A stretch of DNA of 32,000 bases from Wolbachia endosymbiont of Onchocerca ochengi (GTDB lineage Bacteria; Pseudomonadota; Alphaproteobacteria; Rickettsiales; Anaplasmataceae), in contig NC_018267.1 of the NCBI RefSeq assembly GCF_000306885.1, forward strand, positions 330,001 to 362,000, given 5' to 3'. Positions within the stretch are counted from its first letter, which is position 1; each line of letters opens with the position of its first letter. Below, piece after piece: positions 21,493-30,461 of this stretch. The translations under genes were made by a program, and so were the position numbers. A model generated the notes under the pieces. The model was not told the DNA's origin and did no database searches. It saw only the letters and a list, made by a program, of their open reading frames with translations.

Positions 21493-21705
21493 TTAAAAAA
21501 TATCTCCATATTTATCGTTAAACCTAGCTATTTTGCTAGTTTTACTTGCCGATCCGCTTGCTAAACTTTTAGTCCATGCAGGGTGGGTTAGAGGATCTCT
21601 ATCGAGTCTTATCTTATCACCTTCCTTCCCATAAGTGGAACGAGTTTCAAATTCTTGACCGTCTGTTGTAACTATAGTAACTTTATGATAATCAATTTCC
21701 ATCAT
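21493..21705 (-). CDS. rpmE: 50S ribosomal protein L31 (no CxxC zinc motif)
   Basis: 70-aa ORF: YHKVTIVTTDGQEFETRSTYGKEGDKIRLDRDPLTHPAWT...RFNDKYG. Confidence 0.9.
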   Translation of the reverse strand: MMEIDYHKVTIVTTDGQEFETRSTYGKEGDKIRLDRDPLTHPAWTKSLASGSASKTSKIARFNDKYGDIF

Positions 21706-21737
21706 TGTGCTTACAAGTTTTCAGCTTGTTAATATTC

Positions 21738-21756
21738 TAGTGAATTTAATTCACTA
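21738..21756. promoter_or_regulatory. 19-bp perfect palindrome in the divergent rpmE/fabD intergenic region (candidate operator)
   Basis: TAGTGAATT-T-AATTCACTA has 9-bp arms that are exact reverse complements. It lies 32 nt from the rpmE start and 77 nt from the fabD start. Confidence 0.25.
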
Positions 21757-21833
21757 AGTCAATTATTATTTTAATAATATTGACAAAAACCAAACAATAT
21801 AGTCTTCTTGATGAAAAATAAATAATAATTACT

Positions 21834-22811
21834 ATGATTTTTGCCTTCCCCGGTCAGGGCTCTCAATTTATAGGAATGGGAAAGAGCTTATATAGTCGAT
21901 TTCCCGTTGCAAGACAGGTATTTAATGAAGTAGATAATATACTAAACAAAAAGTTATCTAGTTTAATTTTTAATGGCCCTATTGAAGAATTAACCATTAC
22001 AGAAAATGCTCAACCGGCTATAATGGCAGTGTCAATTGCAACATTACGTACTATGGAATACGTTCTTGGTAGGTCTCTCTTCTCTAGTCACGATGCTAAA
22101 TATATTTGTGGACATTCAGTCGGCGAGTACACAGCATTATGTGCTGCAGGTGCATTGACTCTCGAGTCTGCAATCAAGTTGCTTAAAGTCCGTAGCAAAG
22201 CAATGCACAATGCTTCATTGAAATGCCAAGGAGGAATGGTTGCATTATTAGGTGCAGAAATAAATGAAATAGAAGATATATTAAAATCAGCCCAAATTGA
22301 CGGAATCTGTGAAATTGCTAATGATAATGGTGGTAGACAAGTAGTAGTGAGTGGCACTACAGAAGCTCTTAAAATATTACCTGATTTGTTTAAAAATACA
22401 AGTGTAAAGAAATTAATTAAATTACAAGTTAGTGGGCCTTTTCATTCATCTCTTATGAAACCTGCTAATGAAAAATTTTTAAAATTTTTAAAGAACGTCA
22501 AAATAACTCGGCCTTTAATTCCCTTTGTATCAAATGTCACAGCTAAAGAAGAGAGTAATCCCAAAGATATAAAAGTTTTACTTGCTAAACAAATAATAAG
22601 TAAAGTGAGATGGAAAGAGATGATTTTATACATGTCAAGCCAAGGCATCAACAAATTCATTGAAATTGGACCCAATAAGGTTTTATCTAATTTAGTGAAA
22701 AGGATTGATCAATCTATCAACACAAAAAATATAAATAGTATTGATGATATTAACAGGTTTTTCGATAGGTCACTATTAACAGATGAAAATTTAGAAATTA
22801 GTTTAAGTTAA
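21834..22811 (+). CDS. fabD: Malonyl-CoA--ACP transacylase
   Basis: 325-aa ORF with FAFPGQGSQFIGMG, the active-site GHSVGEY, and VSGPFHSSLM. Confidence 0.92.
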   Translation: MIFAFPGQGSQFIGMGKSLYSRFPVARQVFNEVDNILNKKLSSLIFNGPIEELTITENAQPAIMAVSIATLRTMEYVLGRSLFSSHDAKYICGHSVGEYTALCAAGALTLESAIKLLKVRSKAMHNASLKCQGGMVALLGAEINEIEDILKSAQIDGICEIANDNGGRQVVVSGTTEALKILPDLFKNTSVKKLIKLQVSGPFHSSLMKPANEKFLKFLKNVKITRPLIPFVSNVTAKEESNPKDIKVLLAKQIISKVRWKEMILYMSSQGINKFIEIGPNKVLSNLVKRIDQSINTKNINSIDDINRFFDRSLLTDENLEISLS

Positions 22812-22851
22812 ACCTCATTTTAGTTAAAATAACAGAGAATGATATAAAAAA

Positions 22852-24357
22852 TTATACAATCAACGAATTTCCTGTCATTTTATCTGTTTTTTTTATCCCA
22901 AGTAGCTGTAAAACAGTAGGAGCGATATCGGATAATCGACCATCTTTCAGCATTAGGTTGCTGCGAGAATCAGAGCACACAATAAATGGAACTCTATTTA
23001 GGGTGTGTGCTGTATGAGGTGTATTGTTCTCTTCATCAAATATACACTCAACATTACCGTGATCTGCTGTAATAATAAGCACAGTATTACCTACTTTTTT
23101 AACAGTATTGAGTACTCTTGCAAGGCAATTGTCTACTGCTAGGACAGCCCTTTCAGCTGCCTTCATATTGCCTGTATGTCCTATCATATCAGGATTAGCA
23201 TAATTTACAACTATTAGTGCAAATTCTTGAGAATGAATTTTCTCTACAAGTTTTTCTGTAAGCTGAAAAGCTGACATTTCAGGCTGCGAATCATAAGTTC
23301 TAACTTTTGGTGAAGGGATGAGAATTCTTTCTTCACCAGGAAAAGGTTTTTCTTTCCTACAATTAAAGAAGAAAGTTACATGAGCATATTTCTCAGTTTC
23401 AGCAATACGTAATTGTCGCAATTTATTATCTTCTATTATTTGTCCTAAAGTATCAGTAAAAGATGTAGTAGGGAAAAGACAAGGAATCTGAAAATCTTCT
23501 TTATATTCCATCATACTTAAAATAGAAGAGAATTTTGCTACTTTGCTGTAACCCGTTTTACCAAGTAAAATACTTGCTAACTGTATCATTCGATCAGCAC
23601 GAAAGTTAGCCATTAACACTCCATCCTCTAGCTTTATACCTTGATAACCACCTATCACTGTAGGTTTAATAAACTCATCAGCTATGCTGCTTTGGTAGTT
23701 ATTATCAATCAACGATATCACATCATTATGACGCGGTGCCTTTGTAAATGCGATAGCTTCATAAGCTTCAACTGTCCTTTCCCACCTATTGTCACGGTCC
23801 ATAGCATAATAACGCCCAGAGATAGTAGCAATTTCTATATCATAGCCTTTTACACTTTCTTCAAATTCTTGAATGCATTTTTTCCCTGAATTTGGCAGCG
23901 TATCTCTGCCATCTAGAAATGCATGTATCATCACTTTGATTCTATATTGCGATATTTTACTGGCTAAAGCTGCAATGTGGTTTTGATGTGAATGGACACC
24001 ACCATCTGACACCAATCCCATTATGTGACACACACCATTCTTATCTTTTAGGCTATTAATAAAGTTTTGCAGATTTACATTGCTTTCTATTGTCCCAATT
24101 TCTTGATTAATACGCTGTAGGCTTTGTATCTCCATTCTGCCACCGCCAATGTTTATATGACCAACTTCTGAGTTACCTATTTGGCCATCTGGTAACCCAA
24201 CGTCAATTCCACAGGCAGATAAACTGCATTTCGGATAATTAGAGCTAATATGTTGCCAACAGGGTGGGTTAGCATTGCTAATAGCATTATGTTTGCTATT
24301 CTCTATTCCATTCCCCCAGCCATCCAATATACATAAAACGACTGATTTAAAGTTCAT
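22852..24357 (-). CDS. gpmI: 2,3-bisphosphoglycerate-independent phosphoglycerate mutase
   Basis: 501-aa ORF with [37 protein letters not shown] and TAHT. Confidence 0.93.
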   Translation of the reverse strand: MNFKSVVLCILDGWGNGIENSKHNAISNANPPCWQHISSNYPKCSLSACGIDVGLPDGQIGNSEVGHINIGGGRMEIQSLQRINQEIGTIESNVNLQNFINSLKDKNGVCHIMGLVSDGGVHSHQNHIAALASKISQYRIKVMIHAFLDGRDTLPNSGKKCIQEFEESVKGYDIEIATISGRYYAMDRDNRWERTVEAYEAIAFTKAPRHNDVISLIDNNYQSSIADEFIKPTVIGGYQGIKLEDGVLMANFRADRMIQLASILLGKTGYSKVAKFSSILSMMEYKEDFQIPCLFPTTSFTDTLGQIIEDNKLRQLRIAETEKYAHVTFFFNCRKEKPFPGEERILIPSPKVRTYDSQPEMSAFQLTEKLVEKIHSQEFALIVVNYANPDMIGHTGNMKAAERAVLAVDNCLARVLNTVKKVGNTVLIITADHGNVECIFDEENNTPHTAHTLNRVPFIVCSDSRSNLMLKDGRLSDIAPTVLQLLGIKKTDKMTGNSLIV

Positions 24358-24364
24358 ACAAAAT

Positions 24365-24800
24365 TATCACATTAATAACGGAATCCTATAAATATAATGT
24401 TCTCTAATAATACTAAAAACAAACTCTCTTAACAACCTCTACATTTATGATATCAAATCTCTCATATAAAACCGTATAACAAATTTCTAGTAGAATACCC
24501 AAGCATACGCAAACCTTCAGAAACGAAAAACTCGAAAAATTACTTAACAAACTTTTACTATCCCCTTACCTTAACTCTAGATTGTTTTATTACCTTCAAT
24601 CTATACAAATTAAGCAACGAAAGTACTACGGCAGCCTGCTTCTTATGTCTAATTTTTCGCGTTACATGTACCTCATGTTTTACAACATTTCCAGGTTGTT
24701 TTTACCCATGTAAGCTAGAAGCGCTTACAAAGCGTCCAAGACAATAAGAGCATCAGTTTATATGGTGTTAGATAGAGATAGTGAATAACTAGCTGCCATG
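24365..24800 (-). pseudogene. Tentative N-terminal remnant of a DUF1016/YhcG-type (PDDEXK nuclease family) gene, truncated at gpmI
   Basis: The minus-strand frame reads RKIRHKKQAAVVLSLLNLYRLKVIKQSRVKVRG**KFVK*FFEFFVSEGLRMLGYSTRNLLYGFI. This parallels the family pattern A..AV..N..L..LYW.IG..I....RA.YG......LS..L....G.GFS..NL..M..F. The spacing from the R to the G-[FY]-S matches as I recall the family, and several stops interrupt the frame. Confidence 0.3.
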
Positions 24801-25476
24801 AAACCTCTTTTGCTCTTTCTTCTACTTAGTAAATTTTTAAACCTCTATAACTAATCGAATTAAAAAACAACTGAATTACGGTTATTAAATGCTTAAAACA
24901 TAAAAAAACACTAATGTTTTTGAATAGATATTAATTAAAACCTTTTCTACCTTTTCTTGCACAGTACAGATTCTTCAACATTTAAGCTAAAGATTAGTTG
25001 CAATTCCTTAATTTACGATATAGCAATCACCCCCAATTAATACACAGAAAATTATGTAAAAGCTTGTGAAGTCTCTTGTTCTGTAACCTTGACAATTGTT
25101 ATCCATATGAATGGTTAAAAAACTACAAAAGTCCAGCGCAGCCATATTTCTTGATAAACAGAATCATGAGGTTATACCTGTACTTTTATTAGGAATAATT
25201 CATACATAAGTACACTGACAGAAGTAAGCAACATAGCTACTAAAATTATAATAAAGAATATGTATTATTATGGTTAACAAATTAAATTTTATAGATCATT
25301 GAGAAAACTGGATAACCACTACTGTAAAAGCCATAAACGCTAAACTTAAAAATATTATTTTCATTATCTGTTGCATCAGCTTTTCACAATTTACTTAATA
25401 TAATAATAATTTATCTTATAAATATAAACACTATACTAATGATAGTATCTTACTAAATTCTAGCATTTTTATATAG

Positions 25477-25504
25477 TTGACTATATTAAGTATTTTGATA
25501 TCAT
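25477..25504 (+). promoter_or_regulatory. Sigma-70-like promoter candidate for rsmH
   Basis: TTGACT, a 16-nt spacer, then TATCAT, ending 68 nt upstream of the rsmH ATG. In AT-rich DNA such matches arise easily. Confidence 0.25.
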
Positions 25505-25572
25505 ATATTTCACCATACTTAAATGAGAAAGTTATCTTCACTTTCCTACACAAAAGCTTTCAATAAAGTGCT

Positions 25573-26547
25573 ATGACACACATACCGGTTTTACTAAAAG
25601 AAATGCTATCGCAACTTTCACCACAAAATGGTAGTGTATATGTGGATGCCACATTTGGAGCTGGAGGATATAGTAAAGCAATATTGGAGTCAGCTGATTG
25701 CAGAGTGTATGCAATCGACAGAGATGAAACGGTTATTAAATTTTATAATAGTTTGAATACCAAGTACCACGGTAAAATAAAACTATTTATTGAAAAGTTT
25801 AGCAATATTCAAACTATACTAAACAGTAGTAATCTCAAACACTTTACAGAACCTTCCGTCATTGTTTCAGCTGGAATTCAGAAAAAAAATGCAAGGTCAA
25901 GCACCGAGATGATACAAAGTAATACCGTAGATGGAGTTGTGTTCGATATAGGAGTATCGTCTATGCAGCTTGATGAAGAAAATAGAGGATTTTCATTTTT
26001 ACATAACAGTCCGCTTGATATGCGCATGGATACCTCTTCTCACATTAACGCTTCAATATTTGTTAATGCCTTACGCGAAGAAGAAATTGCAAACACTATA
26101 TATAGCTATGGAGGTGAACGTTATTCTCGCAAAATTGCAAGAGCAATAGTGAACGTACGTAAGAAAAAAACTATCGACACTACATTTGAGCTTGCAGACA
26201 TTGTACGTTCCGTGGTATCTCGCGGAAAAAGCAAGATTGATCCTGCAACTAGGACATTTCAAGCAATCAGAATATGGGTAAACGATGAGCTTAGAGAGCT
26301 TGAAAAGGGTATTAAAGCTGCATCCAAAATCTTAAATAGGAATGGCAAGCTGATTGTCATTACTTTTCATTCCTTGGAAGATCGTATAGTCAAGACCTTT
26401 TTTAAAGGCTTATGTGAGCCAAAATTCACCAACTGTAGAACGTTTTCTCTTCTGAATAAAAAAGTAATCAAGGCAAGCGCAGAAGAAATAAGTGCAAATC
26501 CACGTGCGCGTTCAGCAAAACTAAGAGCTATACAAAGGTTATTATGA
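25573..26547 (+). CDS. rsmH: 16S rRNA (cytosine1402-N4)-methyltransferase
   Basis: 324-aa ORF with HIPVLLKE, DATFGAGGYS, AIDRD, DGVVFDIGVSSMQLD, TFQAIRIWVN, ITFHSLEDR and NPRARSAKLR. It carries an extra ~26 codons before the DG..D.GVSS motif. Confidence 0.92.
   Translation: MTHIPVLLKEMLSQLSPQNGSVYVDATFGAGGYSKAILESADCRVYAIDRDETVIKFYNSLNTKYHGKIKLFIEKFSNIQTILNSSNLKHFTEPSVIVSAGIQKKNARSSTEMIQSNTVDGVVFDIGVSSMQLDEENRGFSFLHNSPLDMRMDTSSHINASIFVNALREEEIANTIYSYGGERYSRKIARAIVNVRKKKTIDTTFELADIVRSVVSRGKSKIDPATRTFQAIRIWVNDELRELEKGIKAASKILNRNGKLIVITFHSLEDRIVKTFFKGLCEPKFTNCRTFSLLNKKVIKASAEEISANPRARSAKLRAIQRLL
25843..25923 (+). repeat. In-frame ~26-codon insertion in rsmH centred on an A8 tract (protein-coding repeat-like element)
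   Basis: The segment FTEPSVIVSAGIQKKNARSSTEMIQS has no counterpart between the FS.. and DG..DLGVSS motifs of canonical RsmH (15 aa in E. coli, 42 aa here). It resembles the murC insertion at 30852-30944. Confidence 0.5.
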
Positions 26548-26760
26548 AAACTTTCTATATTACCCTCAATAGTGATACTTTTTCAATGTTATAAAACTAT
26601 TTAAAGTAAAACTACACGTCTAATTATTAAACAAGGATCTAACAGAAACAAAATATGAAACTAACTTAATGCAAAGCAATATAAAAGTCTTATAAGCAAA
26701 ATGTAATTATTTAAGTAATATCCATTAAGAGACATTTAAAAAGCAATTCTTTGATATTAA
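26544..26760 (+). pseudogene. Tentative remnant of the small gene that normally follows rsmH (FtsL position)
   Basis: An ATG overlaps the rsmH stop (ATGA) and opens MKTFYITLNSDTFSML*, which stops after 16 codons. Downstream shifted frames give LFQCYKTI*SKTTRLIIKQ and LISKM*LFK*YPLRDI*KAIL. The latter keeps a P-x-R at the spacing of the alphaproteobacterial FtsL motif AEW..L..P.RL. Confidence 0.25.
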
Positions 26761-26849
26761 TTAGTTAAGTTAAAAATTTTAATTTTTTTTAAATTGTACT
26801 GTGTTAGAGCACAATTTTAAAAAAGCGATTGAAGATTCTACAATAAAGC

Positions 26850-28150
26850 TATAGTCAAATATAGGATAAGTCTTCTAGTATAGTTTTAGTTTTTCTATAT
26901 CTTTTATCTTTTTTTCTGCATTTGATTATAGGCCAAAAATAAAAAACAACTCCAGAAGTGTTAAGTTTAAAGCTAAATACAAGAAACTTTGTATTTACCG
27001 TGTAGCTCTTCGTTTTGTTAACAAACATATTTATTACAGTGTGGACATTTTTGTATTTTACGTTAAGGTCTGCTTCTTATTTCTATTAACAGCTGAGCTG
27101 TATCAAAAAACTCTTTTAAACGGCAAGACGTAGAAGTGTATGCCTCCGTTGCTCATAGATATTCATATTGAGTCCAACTTCCAATAATATTCTTACAATT
27201 TTTATATGAACTTTTTTTTAAAAGCTAGTAGCAAAGGAGTTCTGTTACATTTAGTTACAACATTAACATTCACTTTAAGTTTAAATAAGAGCCTAACTAC
27301 TTTAGTGTCATTATTATAATTAGCTTTATGTAACTGAGCATATACCATCAAAATCTTGATCGTTTGTTTCTATTTCCTTTAAAACAAAAAATACTACCAT
27401 TTTCTACTATTAAGATCAATAGTATATCTAATGAATCAAAACCACAGTTATTTTCTGCACAGATAAATCTTTTTAAGTTAGTTTTTGCTTGCTGTTTTTT
27501 TACAATAAGTCTCGTTATTTGCACTTTATTATCATATCCTGCTAGAAAAGGTTAAGATATTATTTTTTCATCTTTTGCTCCCTACATTTTTGTAACCTTT
27601 TCTTTAACATCTCTTTCATTAATTTCTACGCCTTTTAAGATTAGGAAATTTATTAATTCCTTATCGTCTTACAACGTAGCAAGGCACGGTAGAACAAACC
27701 CGTTTCTATTTTTGAAATTAATTACTAATTAATCAACAAGAGATTTAGTGTTTTCTTACACTCATACATAATAGCATAATACAGTCGACTCTTATTTTCA
27801 CTACCTACATAAAATCACCTTCATATGCTCTAGCAATGACTTCACTCTAACCATATCACCTTCTTTTGTAAAAATCTATGAAAAAAGCGACTTCATTTGT
27901 ACCTTTTGAATTAATATCAAATCCACTTTCGACTAATTGATTTTATGTTTTCCTATGTGCATACCATCTGAATTAAACCACTTTAGTATCAACAATACTC
28001 CACTTAGATTAAGTTTAAGTAAATCAGTGAGAAAAATGTAGCATACTAAAGCATCACCACGGTTGTACGAGTACCCTTCATTAAAGAATAGTATCCCTCC
28101 AAGCCATAGCTTGCATGAATATTGCTACAAAATTTAACAAAATATCATGA
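26850..28150 (-). pseudogene. Ankyrin-repeat protein pseudogene
   Basis: Minus-strand open stretches match the ANK consensus (G.TPLH.A...G..E.V.LLL..GA.VN). About 27216-27350: MVYAQLHKANYNNDTKVVRLLFKLKVNVNVVTKCNRTPLLLAFKKK. About 27120-27215: KVHIKIVRILLEVGLNMNIYEQRRHTLLRLAV*. About 27860-27945: NQLVESGFDINSKGTNEVAFF. The frames differ and stops intervene. Confidence 0.5.
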
Positions 28151-28249
28151 AAGTAGCTGATGCTTATATTTTATTACAACACTAGACAATTCAAAATTAA
28201 AAAAGCAGAGTTAAAATTATTTCAAATTTAATAATTCTCTAAAATCAAT

Positions 28250-29640
28250 TGTGTCAGGAAACAACCGCTATCTATAACATAATCACTTATACCATTAATG
28301 TAAACAAGAACTAGGCAACATTGAAAATACCTTTTGAGCATTTTAATTCATCTATCTTCTCTTACACCTCTTACATCACTAAACAGTCAGTTTTATTTTT
28401 TAAAATTTGGTTTGAACCACATATAATCAATTTGACACTTCGGTACCTGTCTTTCTTCAACAAAAGAAATTTTTTCCTTATTTTCCATCAATTCCCAATA
28501 TATTATAATATGTGCTCTTTCTATTGCTAAGCCCGCCAAGAAGCTCTCAAACTAAAGTCTGGTGGCTGTATATACCTTCAATAGGAGGTAAATAATCTAA
28601 TAAAATAGGTACAAGGTTAATTTTCCTTAGATTTTTTTTTAAATATATTTTAGATTAAGTTTTAAATGATTATCTTTAAGTTTGTACCTCTTCAATCATG
28701 AATCAGCACCAACCTTCATACTCTAAGTGTAATCCTTTGCAACAAAACCAGCAAGCTCAAGCTTATGTAGATACTTAGAAATGTATCCATATCTTGTAAT
28801 ATCTAAAGCAGCACAAATTTTTTCCTGTTCTTCAGCCCAAGGTAAAAGATTTCTGAGCATTTGCTTATAAAAAACTGTTTTCACATGAAAAAACCCGAGA
28901 ATATTTGATTAAATTTCTCAACTAAAAGTCTATCTCTTGTAAAATAAAGGTTTTCGATATCTTTCCTCAGAACTATATTTAAAACATACCCCTTCTAACC
29001 ACTTCAGAATTCTGCCGATTACTATAAATGCCTTAAATTTTCCACATGCTGAAATATTTTCAGTCAAAATTTACTGCAACTAGAAAGTGATAAACTCCTC
29101 AAACGTTAAAATTAATCATACTCTTCCCTACGAAATCAGCACTACTGAATATATTCTTTTCAATACAAGATGATGCAGATCCATAAACAACAAAAATTAG
29201 CTTATTTATTTTTCAGCTGTGTATTTCAAAAATACTTCATTCTTCTTTAAAAAGTTAAATTTTAAAAAAAAGACCATGAAAAACTTCACTAAAATAGTAT
29301 AATAACATTATATCCAGCAATAGACACTTACAACTATTCATAGCAAATCACTTTAGTCACATACCCTGTAAAAGATACATTAAATTGTCTAGCAATTTAC
29401 TTGGAAAATTTATTATCTGATGAGATATCATAACATGCCATCCTAGTTCTGATGGCAAACCTATAATGAGTAACATTGTTCAAAATGCTTACTAAACTCT
29501 TAAAATAAACGACTTTTTTCTATACTATATCTTCTTCTTTGACTACTATAAAAGATATAGCATTCTTTTCTGCAAGCTCTAACAATTCCTTTAATTTAAC
29601 TTGTCTACTAACAACATAAAATACAAAATATAGATCTTTG
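28250..29640 (-). pseudogene. Tentative remnant of a wHTH-containing ATPase (archaeal-ATPase/DUF234-type)
   Basis: Minus-strand order of pieces: SRQVKLKELLELAEKNAISFIVVKEEDIV*KK at about 29520-29610, where a GR.KEL..L......fvviyGrRR.GKT P-loop region would sit. Then the open stretch MLRNLLPWAEEQEKICAALDITRYGYISKYLHKLELAGFVAKDYT* at 28723-28860, a winged-helix pattern. Then YWELMENKEKISFVEERQVPKCQIDYMWF at about 28400-28500. The total span of about 1.4 kb matches the family size, and many stops interrupt it. Confidence 0.3.
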
Positions 29641-29701
29641 TTTCCATAATACTAAAATATCAATATCATAGCTTTCTTCATAATAAATCCAGTTTTCACT
29701 A

Positions 29702-30376
29702 TTATTTATAATTCACCTTCACACAATATTGACCATCCCTAAAAAAAAATCTAACATTTTTCATTCCTTGATCACGAAGCTTCGATGCAACTGATTTAGC
29801 AGCTTGAATATTTTCAAAATATGCGATATATCCTTTACTTTCTACATTATCTTGTTTTGGGTGACGTTTTTGCATTTCTTTCTCATACTGCTTTCTATAA
29901 TGAGGAGTCTTTTGTACTAATCGTTCAGACATCTTTCTTAAATATTGAACTTTTACTTTTGTCAGTCCAGATTTATGAAATCCTAAAATTTTTGCTGCTT
30001 TTTCCGATAGATCTATTAACCTACCTTCAACAAAGGGCCCTCTATCGTTAACCCTTACAACAAGTTTTCTTCCATTTTTTAAGTTAGTAACAAGAATAAA
30101 ACATGGTAAAGGCAGAGTTCTATGCGCTGCAGAAATCAAGTGACGGTTAAATACTTCACCGTTTGCTGTAATTGTACTATGGCCTTCTATTCCGTACCAT
30201 GATGCTATCCCCACCTCTTCGTAATGGTTACAGTGTTTTGGATGATAAGTTACACCATTTATTGTGTAGCTATTACCGATTTTATAGTGACCTGCAGTGC
30301 TATTGCACCTGCTGCTAAGACCACAACTACTTACTAAAACAAATATTAGACACAGCAAAACTAGGTTTTTAATCAT
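29702..30376 (-). CDS. rlpA: Septal-ring lytic transglycosylase RlpA-family lipoprotein (DPBB + SPOR domains)
   Basis: 224-aa ORF with lipobox LVSSC. DPBB core: GIASWYG...TANGE...AAHRTLPLPCFILVTNLKNGRKLVVRVNDRGPF. The C-terminal SPOR-like segment is GYIAYFENIQAAKSVASKLRDQG. Confidence 0.88.
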   Translation of the reverse strand: MIKNLVLLCLIFVLVSSCGLSSRCNSTAGHYKIGNSYTINGVTYHPKHCNHYEEVGIASWYGIEGHSTITANGEVFNRHLISAAHRTLPLPCFILVTNLKNGRKLVVRVNDRGPFVEGRLIDLSEKAAKILGFHKSGLTKVKVQYLRKMSERLVQKTPHYRKQYEKEMQKRHPKQDNVESKGYIAYFENIQAAKSVASKLRDQGMKNVRFFFRDGQYCVKVNYK

Positions 30377-30461
30377 TACATTCAGTGAAAAGGCTTAATT
30401 ACTATAGTATTTTAAATTAAACTATAATAGATTTAGTAATAAGTAAACTTTTACATTAAAT

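Noticed and set aside
26784-26825. AT-only imperfect hairpin (TTTTTTAAATTGTAC / GCACAATTTTAAAAAA) 240 nt after rsmH.
   Set aside because: The stem has a mismatch and a bulge and is almost pure A/T, so predicted stability is low. It lies in decayed DNA far from any intact gene end.
12346-28530. Isolated ORFs inside the large gaps: 12346-12540, 14306-14530, 20204-20431, 20438-20626, 27364-27555 and 28321-28530 on the plus strand, and 15331-15537 on the minus strand.
   Set aside because: All are 62-75 aa with no family motifs. Several are antisense to better-supported pseudogene debris (ankyrin, ATPase-like), and 14306-14530 is just one surviving fragment of the larger decayed region.
3039-29640. 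Alternative genetic code (for example TGA read as Trp) as an explanation for the apparently broken genes.
   Set aside because: Disruptions in glmS and the other remnants use TAA and TAG as well as TGA and include frame changes. The 20 housekeeping genes read cleanly with the standard code.
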